64,000 nt of DNA, from assembly GCF_000143415.4 (NCBI RefSeq), contig NW_003314265.1, positions 1,964,777 through 2,028,776 on the forward strand, in the 5' to 3' direction. Origin of the DNA: Selaginella moellendorffii. Lineage: Eukaryota > Plantae > Lycopodiophyta. Shown in pieces: positions 34,036 through 46,311 of this stretch (positions are counted from its first letter, which is position 1; every line of letters begins with the position of its first letter). The notes under the pieces were generated by a model. It did no database searches and was not told the DNA's origin. It was given only the letters and a program-made list of their open reading frames with translations. A program made the position numbers and the translations under genes.

Positions 34036-37000
34036 TTTCTAGAGACTCTCTTATGGCTCGCTTCATGCTTATTCCTTGAGCACTCCATTGGGAGTTCCAC
34101 TCCCGCTCTTGACCTTTCAAGTTGGAGCTTTTAGTCCAAATGTGTTACACTCGTTTGAATTTTGCTTTGGCCACTACCACGTGGTGCCCTTTCGGCTCCA
34201 CTTTGGGGCTTAGGGATTTGTGTCTCACATCAGCGAGAGAAGAACAAGGTGGAGGGCAATTGTTTTTGTTGTCACAAAGTTGGACATCATGGCAAGGATT
34301 GTCCTCTTGTGAAGGGATCAAAGAATGCTAAAGTGAATGTGGTGGAATCCATTGTGGATACAGCTCAGGCATATGTTGTGGTGGCTTTTCCACACCCTGT
34401 GGCAAAAATTCAAGAATCTAAGTCTCGAGTTCGTATCAACTTTGTCGAGATTAATGGTTCTATGCGCAATCAACTTGTGAAGGCCAAGGGGGACATTCAG
34501 GGTAATGCTATTAGTATTCTTTTCGATCTAGGTGCTACACACAACTTTTTGAGTTCCAAGGTGGTGAAGAAACTTGGTTTGCCTGTGGAAAAGAGTTCAG
34601 TAATCTACGAGGTGGTTATGGTAGATGGACATAACACTCATGTTTACGGTGAATGGGTTCTGAGTGTTTCTTTGATGGTTCAAGGGATTCTCGACCATCC
34701 TTTGTTCCAGGTTATGAATCTTGGTCGCACAGACGTTATTCTTGGGAAGGAATGGTTTTATGGCAGGAAGCCAAGGATTGATTGCGAGCGTAATGTTCTG
34801 CGTATCGAAGTTGGTGGCACTATAAAAGAGATTGTCAGGACAGACAATAGTGATACTCCATTGATTAACGCTTTGGAGTGTTAATTCTTTTGTGGTGTCC
34901 CCGTTTCTTTCTAATATGATCATGTCTGATTTGGATATGTTCGTGAGCATGGGGCTAGGGTGGATTCCATTCAGGAGGAGTTCCGTGACGTATTTCCAGA
35001 TGAGTTACCTAATGGTTTGCCTCCCAAACGTGGCATTCAGCATGAGATTGATTTGGTTCCTGGAGCTACTCCTTATCAGCGATAACCGACTTGTACTAGT
35101 CCCGCTGAAGATGAGGAGATTAATAGACAGCTTGCTGAATACCTTCGAAAAGGGTGGTTACGGATCAGCAAGTCTCCTTGGGCTGCTCCAGTGGTGATGG
35201 TCATAAAGAAAGATGGTACATGGCATCTCTACGTGAACTACAAGGGATTGAATGATATGACAGTGAAGAATATGTTCCCGATCCCTCATATTGATGATTT
35301 GCTTGATGGTGCTTGATATTTTTCGAAGATTGATTTGAGGCAAGGATATCATCAAATTTGTGTCAAGTTAGAGGATGTTTCGAAAACTGCATTTTGGACA
35401 AGGACAGGTCGCTACAAGTTTTTAGTGATGCTGTTTGGTTTGACAAATGTTCCTGCAACTTTTCAAAGATTGATGAATCAAGTTCTACAACCTTACTTAG
35501 GAAAGTTTGCAATTGATTATTTTGATGATATCCTGGTATTCAACTCTTCCATGGAAGAACATGAAATGCATGTGAGAAGTGTTTTACAACTTTTGAGGGA
35601 CAACAAGCTCTACTCGAAGTTATCTAAGTGCAAGTTTTTTTTAGAAGAGATTGGATATCTCAGGCATATGATTTTGGTACATGGAGTGAGAGTTGATCCC
35701 ACAAAGATTCAGGCTGTGGTTGATTGGCCTATATCTTCGACAGTGCATGATCTCCATAGTTTCCTTGGTATGGCTGGAGTTTTTCGACAATTTGTGAAGG
35801 ACTTTTCAAGGATAGTAGCCCCTTTAACTGATCTTCTCCAGAACACGTCAAAACATGCTACTATTCATGGTTGGGATGAGAAGTGTGAAGTGGCATTTCA
35901 ACGTTTGAAGCAGTATTGTATCTCTACTCCGGTGTTGAGAGAGATGCAAGTGACATTGCTATTGGAGCCGTCTTGCTTCAAGTTGGGCATCCTTTTGCGT
36001 ACATGAGCCATAAGTTTGATGCCACACAGCGGAATTGGCCTATTTGAGACAAGGAGTTATATGCTGTGATTGCTGCTGTGAAGGAATGGCAACATTATCT
36101 ATATGGATTAGACTTCCATGTGGATTCAGACCATCAGCCTCTCCAATATTTCAGTCAATAAAAGGATCTTCAAGGCCGCCTTGCTCGTTGGTAAGAGTTT
36201 CTACAAGAAATGTCTATTAAGATTTGATACGAGCATGGAGGTGACAATAAGGTGGTTGATGCATTATCCAGGATAGTAAATTCTATCTTATTCATGAAGC
36301 TATCCAGTGATCTCTTGGATGAGCTTAAGGAGTTTGCTGACTTCGACTCCTTTATCATTGATATTCACGCAAAGGTTTTGTTGAGGGACGCCTCTACAGA
36401 TTTGAAGGGTGACAAGTTTGCATCATTTGAAATACGAGATGGAATTCTATTGAAGAAGGGACATGTAGTGGTTCTTTGTGTTGAAAAACTCATCAAACAG
36501 ATTTTGGTTGAGTGTCATGATGTGCCAAGTGCTGGGCATCCGAGGGTATTGAGAACGTATATGTTGGTGAAGAGGCATTTCTTTTGGCTTGGGATGAAAT
36601 CAGATGTTGAGAAGTATGTATGTAGTTGTTTGACCTACTAGGTGGTCAAAGTTGATCATCAGAAGCTCGCTGGCTTCTATCATCCTTTACATGTACTCGA
36701 GAATAAGTGGGATAGCATCTCGATGGACTTTATCATTGGTTTGCCCAAAACCTTTCGAGGAAATTATGTTATTTGGGTTGTTGTGGATCGCTTAATGAAG
36801 ATGGCTCACTTCTTCTCTGTGAAGACAATGATAAAAGCTTCTGAACTTGCTCAGTTATTTGTAGACCGGTTATTCAATCTCTATGGTTTGCTGGGTGACA
36901 TTGTGAGTGATTGGGATCCTAAGTTCACGTCCAAGTTTTGGCAAACGGTCTTTGAGAAACTAGAGACTAAGCTGAGCATAAGTAGTGGTAAGCATCCACA

Positions 37001-39377
37001 ATCTGATGAGCAGACAGAGCATATGAATCAGCTATTAGAAGATATGCTATAGTCTTTTGTGGGAAACTTGACTCAACAAGGAGTATGGGAGAAGTACTTG
37101 CCTTTGTTTCAATTTGCTCACAATAGCGCTCATCAATCGGCTATTGGCATGTCTCTCTTTATGGTGATGTATGGCTATTAGCTTAGGTCTTCTATGAGTT
37201 TGAATTTGGCTTTGGTTCGGGTCCCTCATGCTTGTGATTTCCTGGAGGATATGCAAGACAAGCTTGAGTTGGCAAAATTGAACATGAGGCAAGCTCAAGA
37301 GCGAGACAAAAGATTGGCTGATGAGCATCGTCATCATCAAGAGTACAAAGTTGGTGACAAAGTTTTCCTTAAGCTATCGGATGCACAATGGTCTCTGAAA
37401 GGAGGTGGCAGTGCTAAGTTGTCTCCACGGTATTATGAGTCTTGGACAATTTTACAGTGTGTAGGGGATCTTGCATACACTTTGAACTTGCTAATTATTT
37501 CGAAGATTCATCCAACGTTCCATATGAGCAAGCTTAAAGCATGTTTGCACTTTGGTGATATCATGGATCAATCCATCATCTAAGTTCCAGAGATTGATGT
37601 AGAGAAGGCTAGTCTAGCCAATATTCTTGCTCAAAGATTGGTAAAAAGATGCCGGAAGACAACTAGGGAGTTGTTAGTTTAGTGGAATGGTTATTCCATG
37701 GACGAAGCTATATGGGAAACTAAGGATGACATGAAGAGAGTATTTCCAAGTTTTGGTTATAACTTGGATGACATTCTTGAGAAAGGGGAGAATTGAGTTC
37801 TATAGCTATATTGCTATATGATTTGAGTAGTTTGTTTTATTCTCATTCTTTTGTTTCCATGACCGTATTGTCATGTGAGAAAGCCGTATTGCTTTCTTTC
37901 TTTCGTGGCCGTTTGTTGCGATGTTGGTGTTGCCGTTTGCACATCTTTTCTCCATGCCCATATTGCCTTGGACTCCCTTCATGTGAGGCTTGTTTAGCTT
38001 CTTGAGGCTGCCGTATGTGGCTGGGTCATGAGGGAGGGGAAAATGACATGAACCATGGGAATATTCTAAGAATATTCTATGGCCTGTGGGATTTAAGGCT
38101 GTAACACCTTAAGGGTTGGGAGGTTGGCCTAGGGTTCACTCTCCTATTTGTTTCATGTTGTCCCCTATTGTCCTAATGCTTTTCCAAATTGTCTTATCTT
38201 CACTGGATTCAGAACATGTTCTTCAAGCTTGATGAAAGGACAAGCTCTGTTAGTTTCCTTGACTACACAATCCCATATCTCACTCATGGATTGCTCCCCT
38301 TTGAGTCCCCTCATTGGGCACATCAACATAATATCCACCCATTGCCGATCTGTCCAATGCTTATAATCCCCACCAATAGTCACCAGAACTTGAATGAGAT
38401 CCTCTTGGAAGGAAACCCAACCAGCACCAATGTTACTTCCATGGCCCCATCTATCACACATCTCCTTCACCTTTGCTTGAATAATTGCAAAAACTCCTGC
38501 TTTCAACCAACAAACACACAGACACCAATGTCTAATCTCAATCCCAGCAGTCAAGAGCATAATTACTGAGAATGAAGCCCTTGATAGTGTTGTCTACTTG
38601 CAATCTCGGACCCCAACAATCATATGTTTGCTCGCTTTCAATCCATCCAGTGAACTCATCACACAATAATGCAGGCACAATGAGGTGTTCTGGCAGATTT
38701 CATGGCTCTGACCACCTTATGTCCCAGCTCCTCATGCCATCAAGAATCAAAATCCCCATCTCACAGAGCAGTTTGAGCAGGAAATAGATGTTGCCCTTTG
38801 CAGTCTCTCCAAGTGTTTTGAGCTCTTGTACTACTTTTGCAGTAGACCACTTGGGTTCCCCCCACTTCATCATATCATTTCTATCTTGCTTAGGAATGAA
38901 GATTCCTAACACAGTGTGGAGAAACCATGGCATGTCTAGAACTGCATTGTTGACAATCAATGCAGCTTCCTTGTCGTTTGGATCCGTGTTTTGATATGTT
39001 TTATCTGCCCCAAAGTAGACAGCTTCTCCCATGTCATGTAGGCAGATGAATGTGTATTGTGCAGCAAATACCTGGTCTTCTTTCTCCTCGTTGAACCAAG
39101 CCTTGGACATCTCATGCACAGTCTCTGAATCCGGCTGCTATGGTTGGCCTCCAAACTGCTTTTTGATTCTCCTGGAGAGGATGACTAAGGTACTCACGTG
39201 AGGAGAGGCTTTCATTCTGCTTAAGAAAATCAGTGTCAATATCAAGATGAACATGTTGAAAAAACCAAGGTAACAAGGAGAAACTTTCAAGCTTGCAATA
39301 TGGGCTCTTCAACAACTGGCCCACGAGCTGCACAAAAGATAAATCAAAATGTAATGCTGTTAACTCCAAGAACCAAA

Positions 39378-42300
39378 TGTTGGAACCAAGGAGAGATCAA
39401 GGCGCAATCAAATGTGTATATAAGGTGAGAAAAGCTGTACCGATATAGGTCAAGTACTATTCCTTTACACCTGTTCTATCATGGTATCAGAGGAATAAAA
39501 AGATTCTCTTTTCTAGGGCTTTGGTTTTTCCAATCAGTGCAGTGATTTGTGGCATGAACCATAGAAGTAGTGTGGATCTCTTCTTTAAGGCAAGAATAGG
39601 CTAGACAGTAAGGGCTCAGGTTGAGATGGGGAAGGGAAAGGAAGAAGGGAAGCTTCTTCTTTCTCATGATAATGCATTTGAATGGTTTTCCATCATGGAA
39701 GCCAAGTTCTCCAAGAAGAAGGTATTGGGAGTAGTCACAGGGCGTGAACAGGTGCCAGTTCTTCTCCCTCCAGAAGAAGTTGCTCGAATGTCTGTGGGGC
39801 AAAGACAAGCATATCAATGACGGCATGAAGATTTCGAACAGAATGATGCCAATGCGAGAGCGATGCTGATTGAGCGAGTGTGTTCAAAGGATATCTTGAA
39901 GGTGAAAATTTCTCAAACAGCAGCTGCAGCTTGGAAAACTCTCAAACAGTTCTACTGTGAGTAGTCTTAGGCAATAGAAATGAGCATCTTCTGACAAATG
40001 GTGAACTGCTGCCAAGGTCTTCATGAGAAGGCTTAGGATTACATAGATCGGATGACAGCTCTTGGGGATAAGCTGCAGAATATGAGATCGACATTTTCTG
40101 ATGTGACTGGAGCTCTCATGATACTTGGACTAAATGAGAAGTACTAGAAAGCCAAAATGGAGCTCCAAACAAATTGTCTTCGTCCAGGATTGGATCAAGT
40201 GATCGCTAACAGTCACCACTATGCCAATTTGAACGAGGTCTTTCAAGACAAGGATGTTGAAGAGTCCAAGGATGAGGAAACAGTGGCAATGGCAGCTCAA
40301 ATGACTGGAAGAAATTCTTTCAAGCGACAGAAATTTTCGAGTGAGCACAACTTGGTGGAGCAAGCATGACAACAGTATGGGAGTGTTTGTTGCAATGAAT
40401 ATTGTGGTTTCGAGCATTTTGCAGTGGATTGTCCCAGTCAAAAGGTAAAGGGGCTGATTGCAAATTTAACAGCACATAAGGAAGAGGATAATCTTAATGG
40501 TATTAATTTTTCAAGGACACCTCTTTTGTATTTGCAGATTATGCTCAAAGTAGGAATGTTAGAGTATGAGTTGGCTGCTGGATAGTGGAGCAATGCATCA
40601 CATGACTTCAAATAAGATGTTCTTCAGACAGATAAACTATTGATGTGTCAGTTAGCACAGCGAGTGGTGAGGCTTTATGAATAATTGCATATGGCACAGT
40701 TTATTTTTCATGTCTTCAACTTGAGGTTACTAACGTTCTATATGTGCCAAAGCTAGCGAGACACCTTCTGTCTGTCTCAAAACTCACAGAGCAAGGAGTG
40801 TATACATTCTTTCATCGCACTGCAGCAGATTTTATTCTTCATCGAACATGAATTGCTCAGGCAATGGCCTTGAATGGCCTTTATTTCCTTTCACTAGACA
40901 ATCCAAGTGTGCATTTTATCTCCTTTTCTAAAAACTTGTCTTTACAACTATGGTATCTTCAGCTAGGCCACACAAGCTTTTGATGAGTGAAGGAAATCCC
41001 TAAGCTAATATTTGGAGTGCCAGACTTGAAGCACATAAGTTCAGACACATGTGAGGTATGTCTTCAAGCTAAGATGAAAAAGAAACCACTTCCAAAGAAA
41101 GTGTCAATTTGAGGTAAAAATATTTTAGACTTAGTTCATGTCGACATTTGGGGAGCATCACCGGTAAAGTCACTCAATGGTGCTCGTTACTTCCTACTAA
41201 TTGTGGATGATCTAAGTCGTTACACAATTGTTTATTTTTTAAGACAGAAATCTGAGGCACCTTGTAAGTTCCTGGAATGGATTCGAGAGTCAGAAAATAA
41301 ACGTGGGATGACAATCCGCACACTCAAAGTCGATGGAGGACGGGAACTTCTCTCACGAGAATTCTGGACAATCCTTGCATCACATGGTATCTTTCTCCAA
41401 ATCTCTGTGCCATATGAACATGGTCAAAATAGGGTTGTGGAGCAGAAGATGTTAACAGTCCTTGATGTGGCCAGATCAATGCTTAAGGCATTCAATGTTC
41501 CAGTATTCTTTTGGGCCGAGGCCGTGAATACTGTGGTTCATGTGCAAAATATTCATCCTACAAAAGCAGTACTGGACAAAACACCATATGAAATTTGGAC
41601 AGGTTTGAAACCATCTATTACGTATTTATGTGTGTTTGGATGTGTAGGATACACATACATTTCAGCTAAAACAAGATGAAATAAATGAGAAGATCGTTCA
41701 ACAAGATGCATGATGCTTGGCTATAGTGAGAATACTAAAGGTGGATATCGGGTTTGGATTTTCAGTCAGAAAAAGGTGCTAGTTAGGTGTACTGTTTTCT
41801 TTTGAGAAGTTGTACCAGTGTACTCTACCTCGTCATTCAGCAATAAAAAAGGCACCAGGTATTTCTTACATTCGATTCTAACCAGAGGACATGGAAATAA
41901 TAGTGATAAGGAAGGAGTATCAACTCTAGAGACTTCTCCAGCAGAACCACCACTACCTCTGGAACCACCACTGCCACTACCCCTTGAACAACCACCTGAG
42001 GATTCATTGCCATCTCAAGAAGTTTTGTCTCCAGCTATGGACGATAATGACTCTGAAATCTCAGAACGAGGTACTTTGCCTCAGAATTTTAATGAGTTGG
42101 ATATTGCTCATGCAGATCTAGAGAGTAGTGGCTTATCATAGCCAAAGCAGGGTGAATCTCTAGATGCTCCAACACTGCCAAGATGTTCTCTCAGACCTTG
42201 GAAACCTACATCCTGCATTATATGTTATTATGCACAAGCAGCACAAGCAATTCACGAGCCAACAAACTTAAAAGAAGCACTCTCTAGACTGCAACATTTT

Positions 42301-43961
42301 CATTGGCGACAAGTAATGTAGGATGAATATCATGCTCAATTAGAGAATGGTTCTTAGACACTCATTTCACCATAGGAGGTTCCTTGCAAGGCTTCAATCA
42401 TACAGTGTAAGTGGGTTCACAAGATAAAATATAAGGAGACAGGTGAGATCAATCGGTACAAAGCAAGGTTAATTGCAAAAGGATACACATGGCAAGTAGG
42501 AATTGATTATAGTGAGATTTTTTCACCTGTAGTTAAGATGGTTTCTATTTATTTTGTTTTTGCAATTGCTAATCACTTAGACCTTGAGATTGAGCAGATG
42601 GACGTCAAGAATGCATTTCTCATTGGCAAGCTGGAGGAACCAATGTATATGTAGCAACCTCCAGGTTTTGAGATCCAAGGGAAGGAGTGTTATATTTGTA
42701 AACTCCAGTGGTCCATTTATGGATTAAAATAGTCACCAAGGATCTGGTATAATACTTTGCACAAGTTTTTTTTAACTCTTGGTTTCTCTCGTGCAAAAGC
42801 AAATTGGAATTTATATTATTGTTTTCATGATAGCTCATTTATTCTCATGTGTATTTATGTTGATGATCTTATCATGGCTGGAAAGACAGCAAATCTTAAA
42901 TGGCTTAAAGAACTACTCTCCAAACAACTTCAAATGACAGATCTTGGTAAAATTTCCTTTTGTTTGGGCTTACAAATTGTGCGTGATAGGAAAAGTCAAG
43001 TTCTAAAAGTCCATCAATATAAATATATCTCGAAGAATATGGTGGTTTCTTTACTGCACGTCCAACTCCGACTCCAACACTCCAATTCAACAAGCTCTCC
43101 AAAGCAGATCAACCATGTTCTGAGGGGGAGAAGAAGGAGATGGCTAAGCTACTATATCAAAACGTGGTTGGAGCATTGATATATTTAGCCACATCAAGCA
43201 GACCAGATATAGCTGCAGCTATTTCCAGAGTGTGCCAGTTCATGCAAAATCCCGGAAAGAGACATTGGTATGCAGTAGAGCAGATCTTTAATTACATACA
43301 ACAAACTTCATCACTTTATCTCGAGTACAAGGGGATGGTAGGAGGAGAAATTGGATCAGGTGCACTTATACCATGTGGAATGGTAGATGCTGATCTTGCT
43401 GGTGATCTGGATGATAGGAGATCAACAACTAGGTACGTGTTCAAATTCTCTAATGCAGTTGTGTCATGGCGCAGCCAGAAACAAAGGATGGTGGCATTGT
43501 CTACTTGTGAAGCAGAGTACAATGTGGTTACAGAAGCTGTTAAGGAAGCTTTATGGATTCAACACTTGCTCCGAGATATCAGTTTTGAGATGCAAGTACC
43601 ACTGAATATCTACAATGACAACACAACATGTCTTGGTACATCATGGGAGAAACAAACACTTCAAGATATTTCATTATTTTATCAGGGAGCGGATCGAGAG
43701 AGAAGAAGTCAGGCTCCCCACAATGAAGATGACTGCAGATTTGCTCACAAAGACTACAATTGAAGTCCGACAGTTTGAATGACTACGATGACAACTTGGA
43801 CTAGTTTCACAGGCGATCTGATTAAAAGACATCAGATCGAGGGGGAGTGTTGGAACCAAGGAGAGATCAAAGCACAATCAAAGGAACTAGGATGTGTATA
43901 TAAGGTGAGAAGTGCTGTACCGATATAGGTCAAGTACTATTCCTTTACACCTGTTCTATCA
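39378..43961 (+). mobile_element. Degenerate Ty1/copia retrotransposon with short LTRs (39378-39481; 43848-43961)
   Basis: TG..CA LTRs, PBS tggtatcagag, PPT gagggggag, TSD ccaaa/ccaga. Integrase (VDDLSRY, LKVDGG.E, FWAEAVNT, TPYEIW) precedes RT (YKARLIAKG, MDVKNAF, IYVDDL) and RNase H (DADLAGD..DRRST, VALSTCEAEY). Confidence 0.93.
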
Positions 43962-44696
43962 CCAGAGCTTGGACTTTGTATTGTTGTTTATGCAATCTTC
44001 CAGCAGGGAGATCTCCGCAGGGCTGGGCTCATTTGAAATTCCAAGGCCCTCTATTGCTCCACAGATTTGGCTGAGCAGCGCCTGATCATTTGGGATGTGA
44101 TGGAGCGTAAGCTTCCGTAGAGTTGTTCCAGCCTTGAAGAAGGCAGGGGTCAAGTATTCATTCTCATCTAGGGACAGCTCCCAGATCTTGCAGGCTGGAT
44201 CTTGCAGCAGCTTCTCCAGGTGGGGCGAGCAATCGCATTGTTTAAGCTCCAGACGTTCTAAATACTTTGGAAGTGTTGATCCTGCTAAAGCATTTAATTT
44301 TTTGTCGTCACGCATAGGTAGAAAAAGCGTCTTGAGCTTGATTGGCATCCCCTTGTGCTTGGCAGCAGCAATAGCTTCATCCAAGCTGCGAATCACTTCC
44401 TCGCCAAAAACTATTAGATCAATTGCAAGGCTGCTTAGCTTGGACACAGCTGCTTCTAGAAACCCCTCCACTTTGTGGTAGCCCTCCCTCCACAGGAATA
44501 CGTGCTCCAGAGTGTTGTCCTCCTGCAGCAGCAGCTCGAGCAAGCCTTTGAAGTCTTCTGAATGGATGTTTGCTGTTCTGTATCTCTGTTCCTTCAGCTC
44601 CCTCACACTCGACACCCCATGGCTCCGCATCTCAGCGAAAATGCTTCCCAAATCCTTGTAATCATCTATCCGGGCCTGCTTTGGCTTCCCCATAAC

Positions 44697-45690
44697 TTCG
44701 ATTCAGGCGCGGTCGCTTTGTTTGGATGGTTTCGAGCTCATCCACAGCGGGCTAGACAGCTTTTTGGTGGAGGGATTTGTTTAGAGTTTTTTTGCGGTAC
44801 GGGGGACTGGCTTTCATGGCAGCGACTTGGGAGGTACATTTCTTGGAAGAGCTTGCTTGGATTTGGATCTAACGCGTCAATGTTATTGACTTGATTCTCT
44901 CGTGGTTTTCTTGCTTTTTTTTTTGGTTTAGAACATCCGCGACAGAGAACGGGGATACGCAAAACAAAGAAGCAAAGAAAAGCGAGTATATTCGTTTCAC
45001 GTGAAATCATCGAGTGCCGTAGAGAAACGAAAAGATCTTTCTGGAAATTCTTTAGACCATATCCATTAAAGGGCTTTTTTTTATATTGCTCGAGGTTTAG
45101 AGGGTTTCTAGGGTTTAGCGATGGCGATCTCTCGATAGAGTGAGCGATCGCGGCACGGGGAAGAGGTTCGTTCTTCCATTTTAACACGAACCCGACAGAA
45201 GAAAACGTTTTAAGTACCTTCAAATCCTCGTCGAGCTTTCTTTCCTCCTTTCATAAAGAATCATAAAATGCATAACATAAAATGCAATAATACCAACAAA
45301 GGGTAAATAATTTTACTTCTCTGTGGTTTAGGGCTCGTGGCTCTGGAGTGGAGCGAATGGCGCTCGCCGGTGAGCTCCAAATGCACTAGCTCTCATGCTC
45401 CCGCCCAAGCGAGCTGATGGAGTCAGGGCCTACATTGCCACGGATTCCAGGGACGTAGAGGGCGACGATGGGGAAGTACTCTCCCATTGTTTGGGACCTT
45501 GACGACGGCAGGAAATCTGATGCGGCGTCGCCCTTGTCTAGATTCTCCGAGGCGGCTGCTGCTGGAGAGGATGCCTTCTTGGACTCGATCGACGCAGGCA
45601 GGAGCTCACCGCGGATATTGCCACAGCGCAAGGATACGAATCAAAGTGGTCGTCAGCAAAGTATCGGTAAGGAACTTCTTATAGTTAATT
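44697..45690 (+). pseudogene. Third, collapsed copy of the mosaic unit (19075-type spacer, CDKG N-terminal fragment, APE2 micro-fragments)
   Basis: 44700-45125 matches 19075-19555. 45396-45572 matches the CDKG fragment (KYSPIVWDLDD). 45575-45684 is a chain of three APE2-derived pieces. Confidence 0.82.
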
Positions 45691-46311
45691 GACACGAGGC
45701 ACATTCTTATTGACGGTACGATTCTTTGTGTCACATAAGCAATAATACAGGTTCTCCAAAACTGTATAGACCATGGAATAACTAATCTCGATCCAACGGT
45801 CGGCAACGGTGCGATCAACTTAACTGGCGCGTGAACGATGAGCATACACCAAATTACACAGCAATCAAGATAATGTTATACTGGAGATTGGCAAACCTGC
45901 TAGAAGGTATAGTCGTTTCAAATAGGTTGGAGAATAACCTATGCCTGGGAAACAACGATGCTTGACAAATCTGGATTCATTTGATGGCCTGGGATTGCAC
46001 TGTCCTCAAATTTGGCCCGATGAAAAGCCAAACTGGTCAAAGAGTGATATCTAAAAGCGCATGGAGCGTGAGGGAGGGAGCGAGAAGACCCCAAACAAAC
46101 TTGCAAATTTATTTGCTTCTTGTCTGAGCCAGCCAAAACAAGATAGAATAGATAGGATAGATAGATAAAAAGTAGTCAGAAATTTAGTAAAGAAGAAATC
46201 TTAGTCATCTCAATGAAAAATAAACCTCATGTGTGAGCATTTTTTACGTGGACGGGAGAGAGTGTGTACCTCTACATATATTTCTATATACGCCACCGTC
46301 TTCTATTCTAT

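Larger units (their letters stand above)
24637..34229 (-). mobile_element. Non-autonomous large-LTR retrotransposon (LARD-like), LTRs 32592-34229 (5') and 24637-26762 (3')
   Basis: About 1.5-1.6 kb LTRs (tgtaag...tctcaca), minus-strand PBS tggtatcggag next to 32591, PPT-like tract at 26763-26776, TSD ccagc/tcagc. No recognizable pol ORF inside. Confidence 0.85.
23634..38155 (+). mobile_element. Degenerate Ty3/gypsy chromovirus with very short LTRs (23634-23736; 38044-38155), interrupted by a nested element
   Basis: TG..CA LTRs, PBS tggtattgga, PPT gagggaggggaaaa. gag CCHC (CFCCHKVGHHGKDC), protease LFDLGATHNF, RT (KTAF, YFDDILV), integrase (ECHD..AGH, WDSISMDFI, HPQSD.QTE) and a chromodomain remnant at about 37620-37750. 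Many stops. Confidence 0.92.
22685..44693 (-). pseudogene. Second LRR-Roc-COR gene, disrupted; segments 43962-44693, 38156-39377 and 22685-23633; Roc deleted
   Basis: Segments are collinear with 14569-18328, starting MGKPKQARIDDY at 44693. Split by copia and Ty3 insertions, with frameshifts and an about 820-bp deletion at about 39115. Confidence 0.92.

Noticed and set aside
11443-45690. Calling the island a Helitron or Pack-MULE
   Set aside because: I could not identify convincing 5'-TC/3'-hairpin-CTRR ends, TIRs or a TSD by eye; the mechanism is left open.
45790-45812. Two AACGG (MSA-like) motifs
   Set aside because: Short motifs with no identifiable downstream gene; could be chance.
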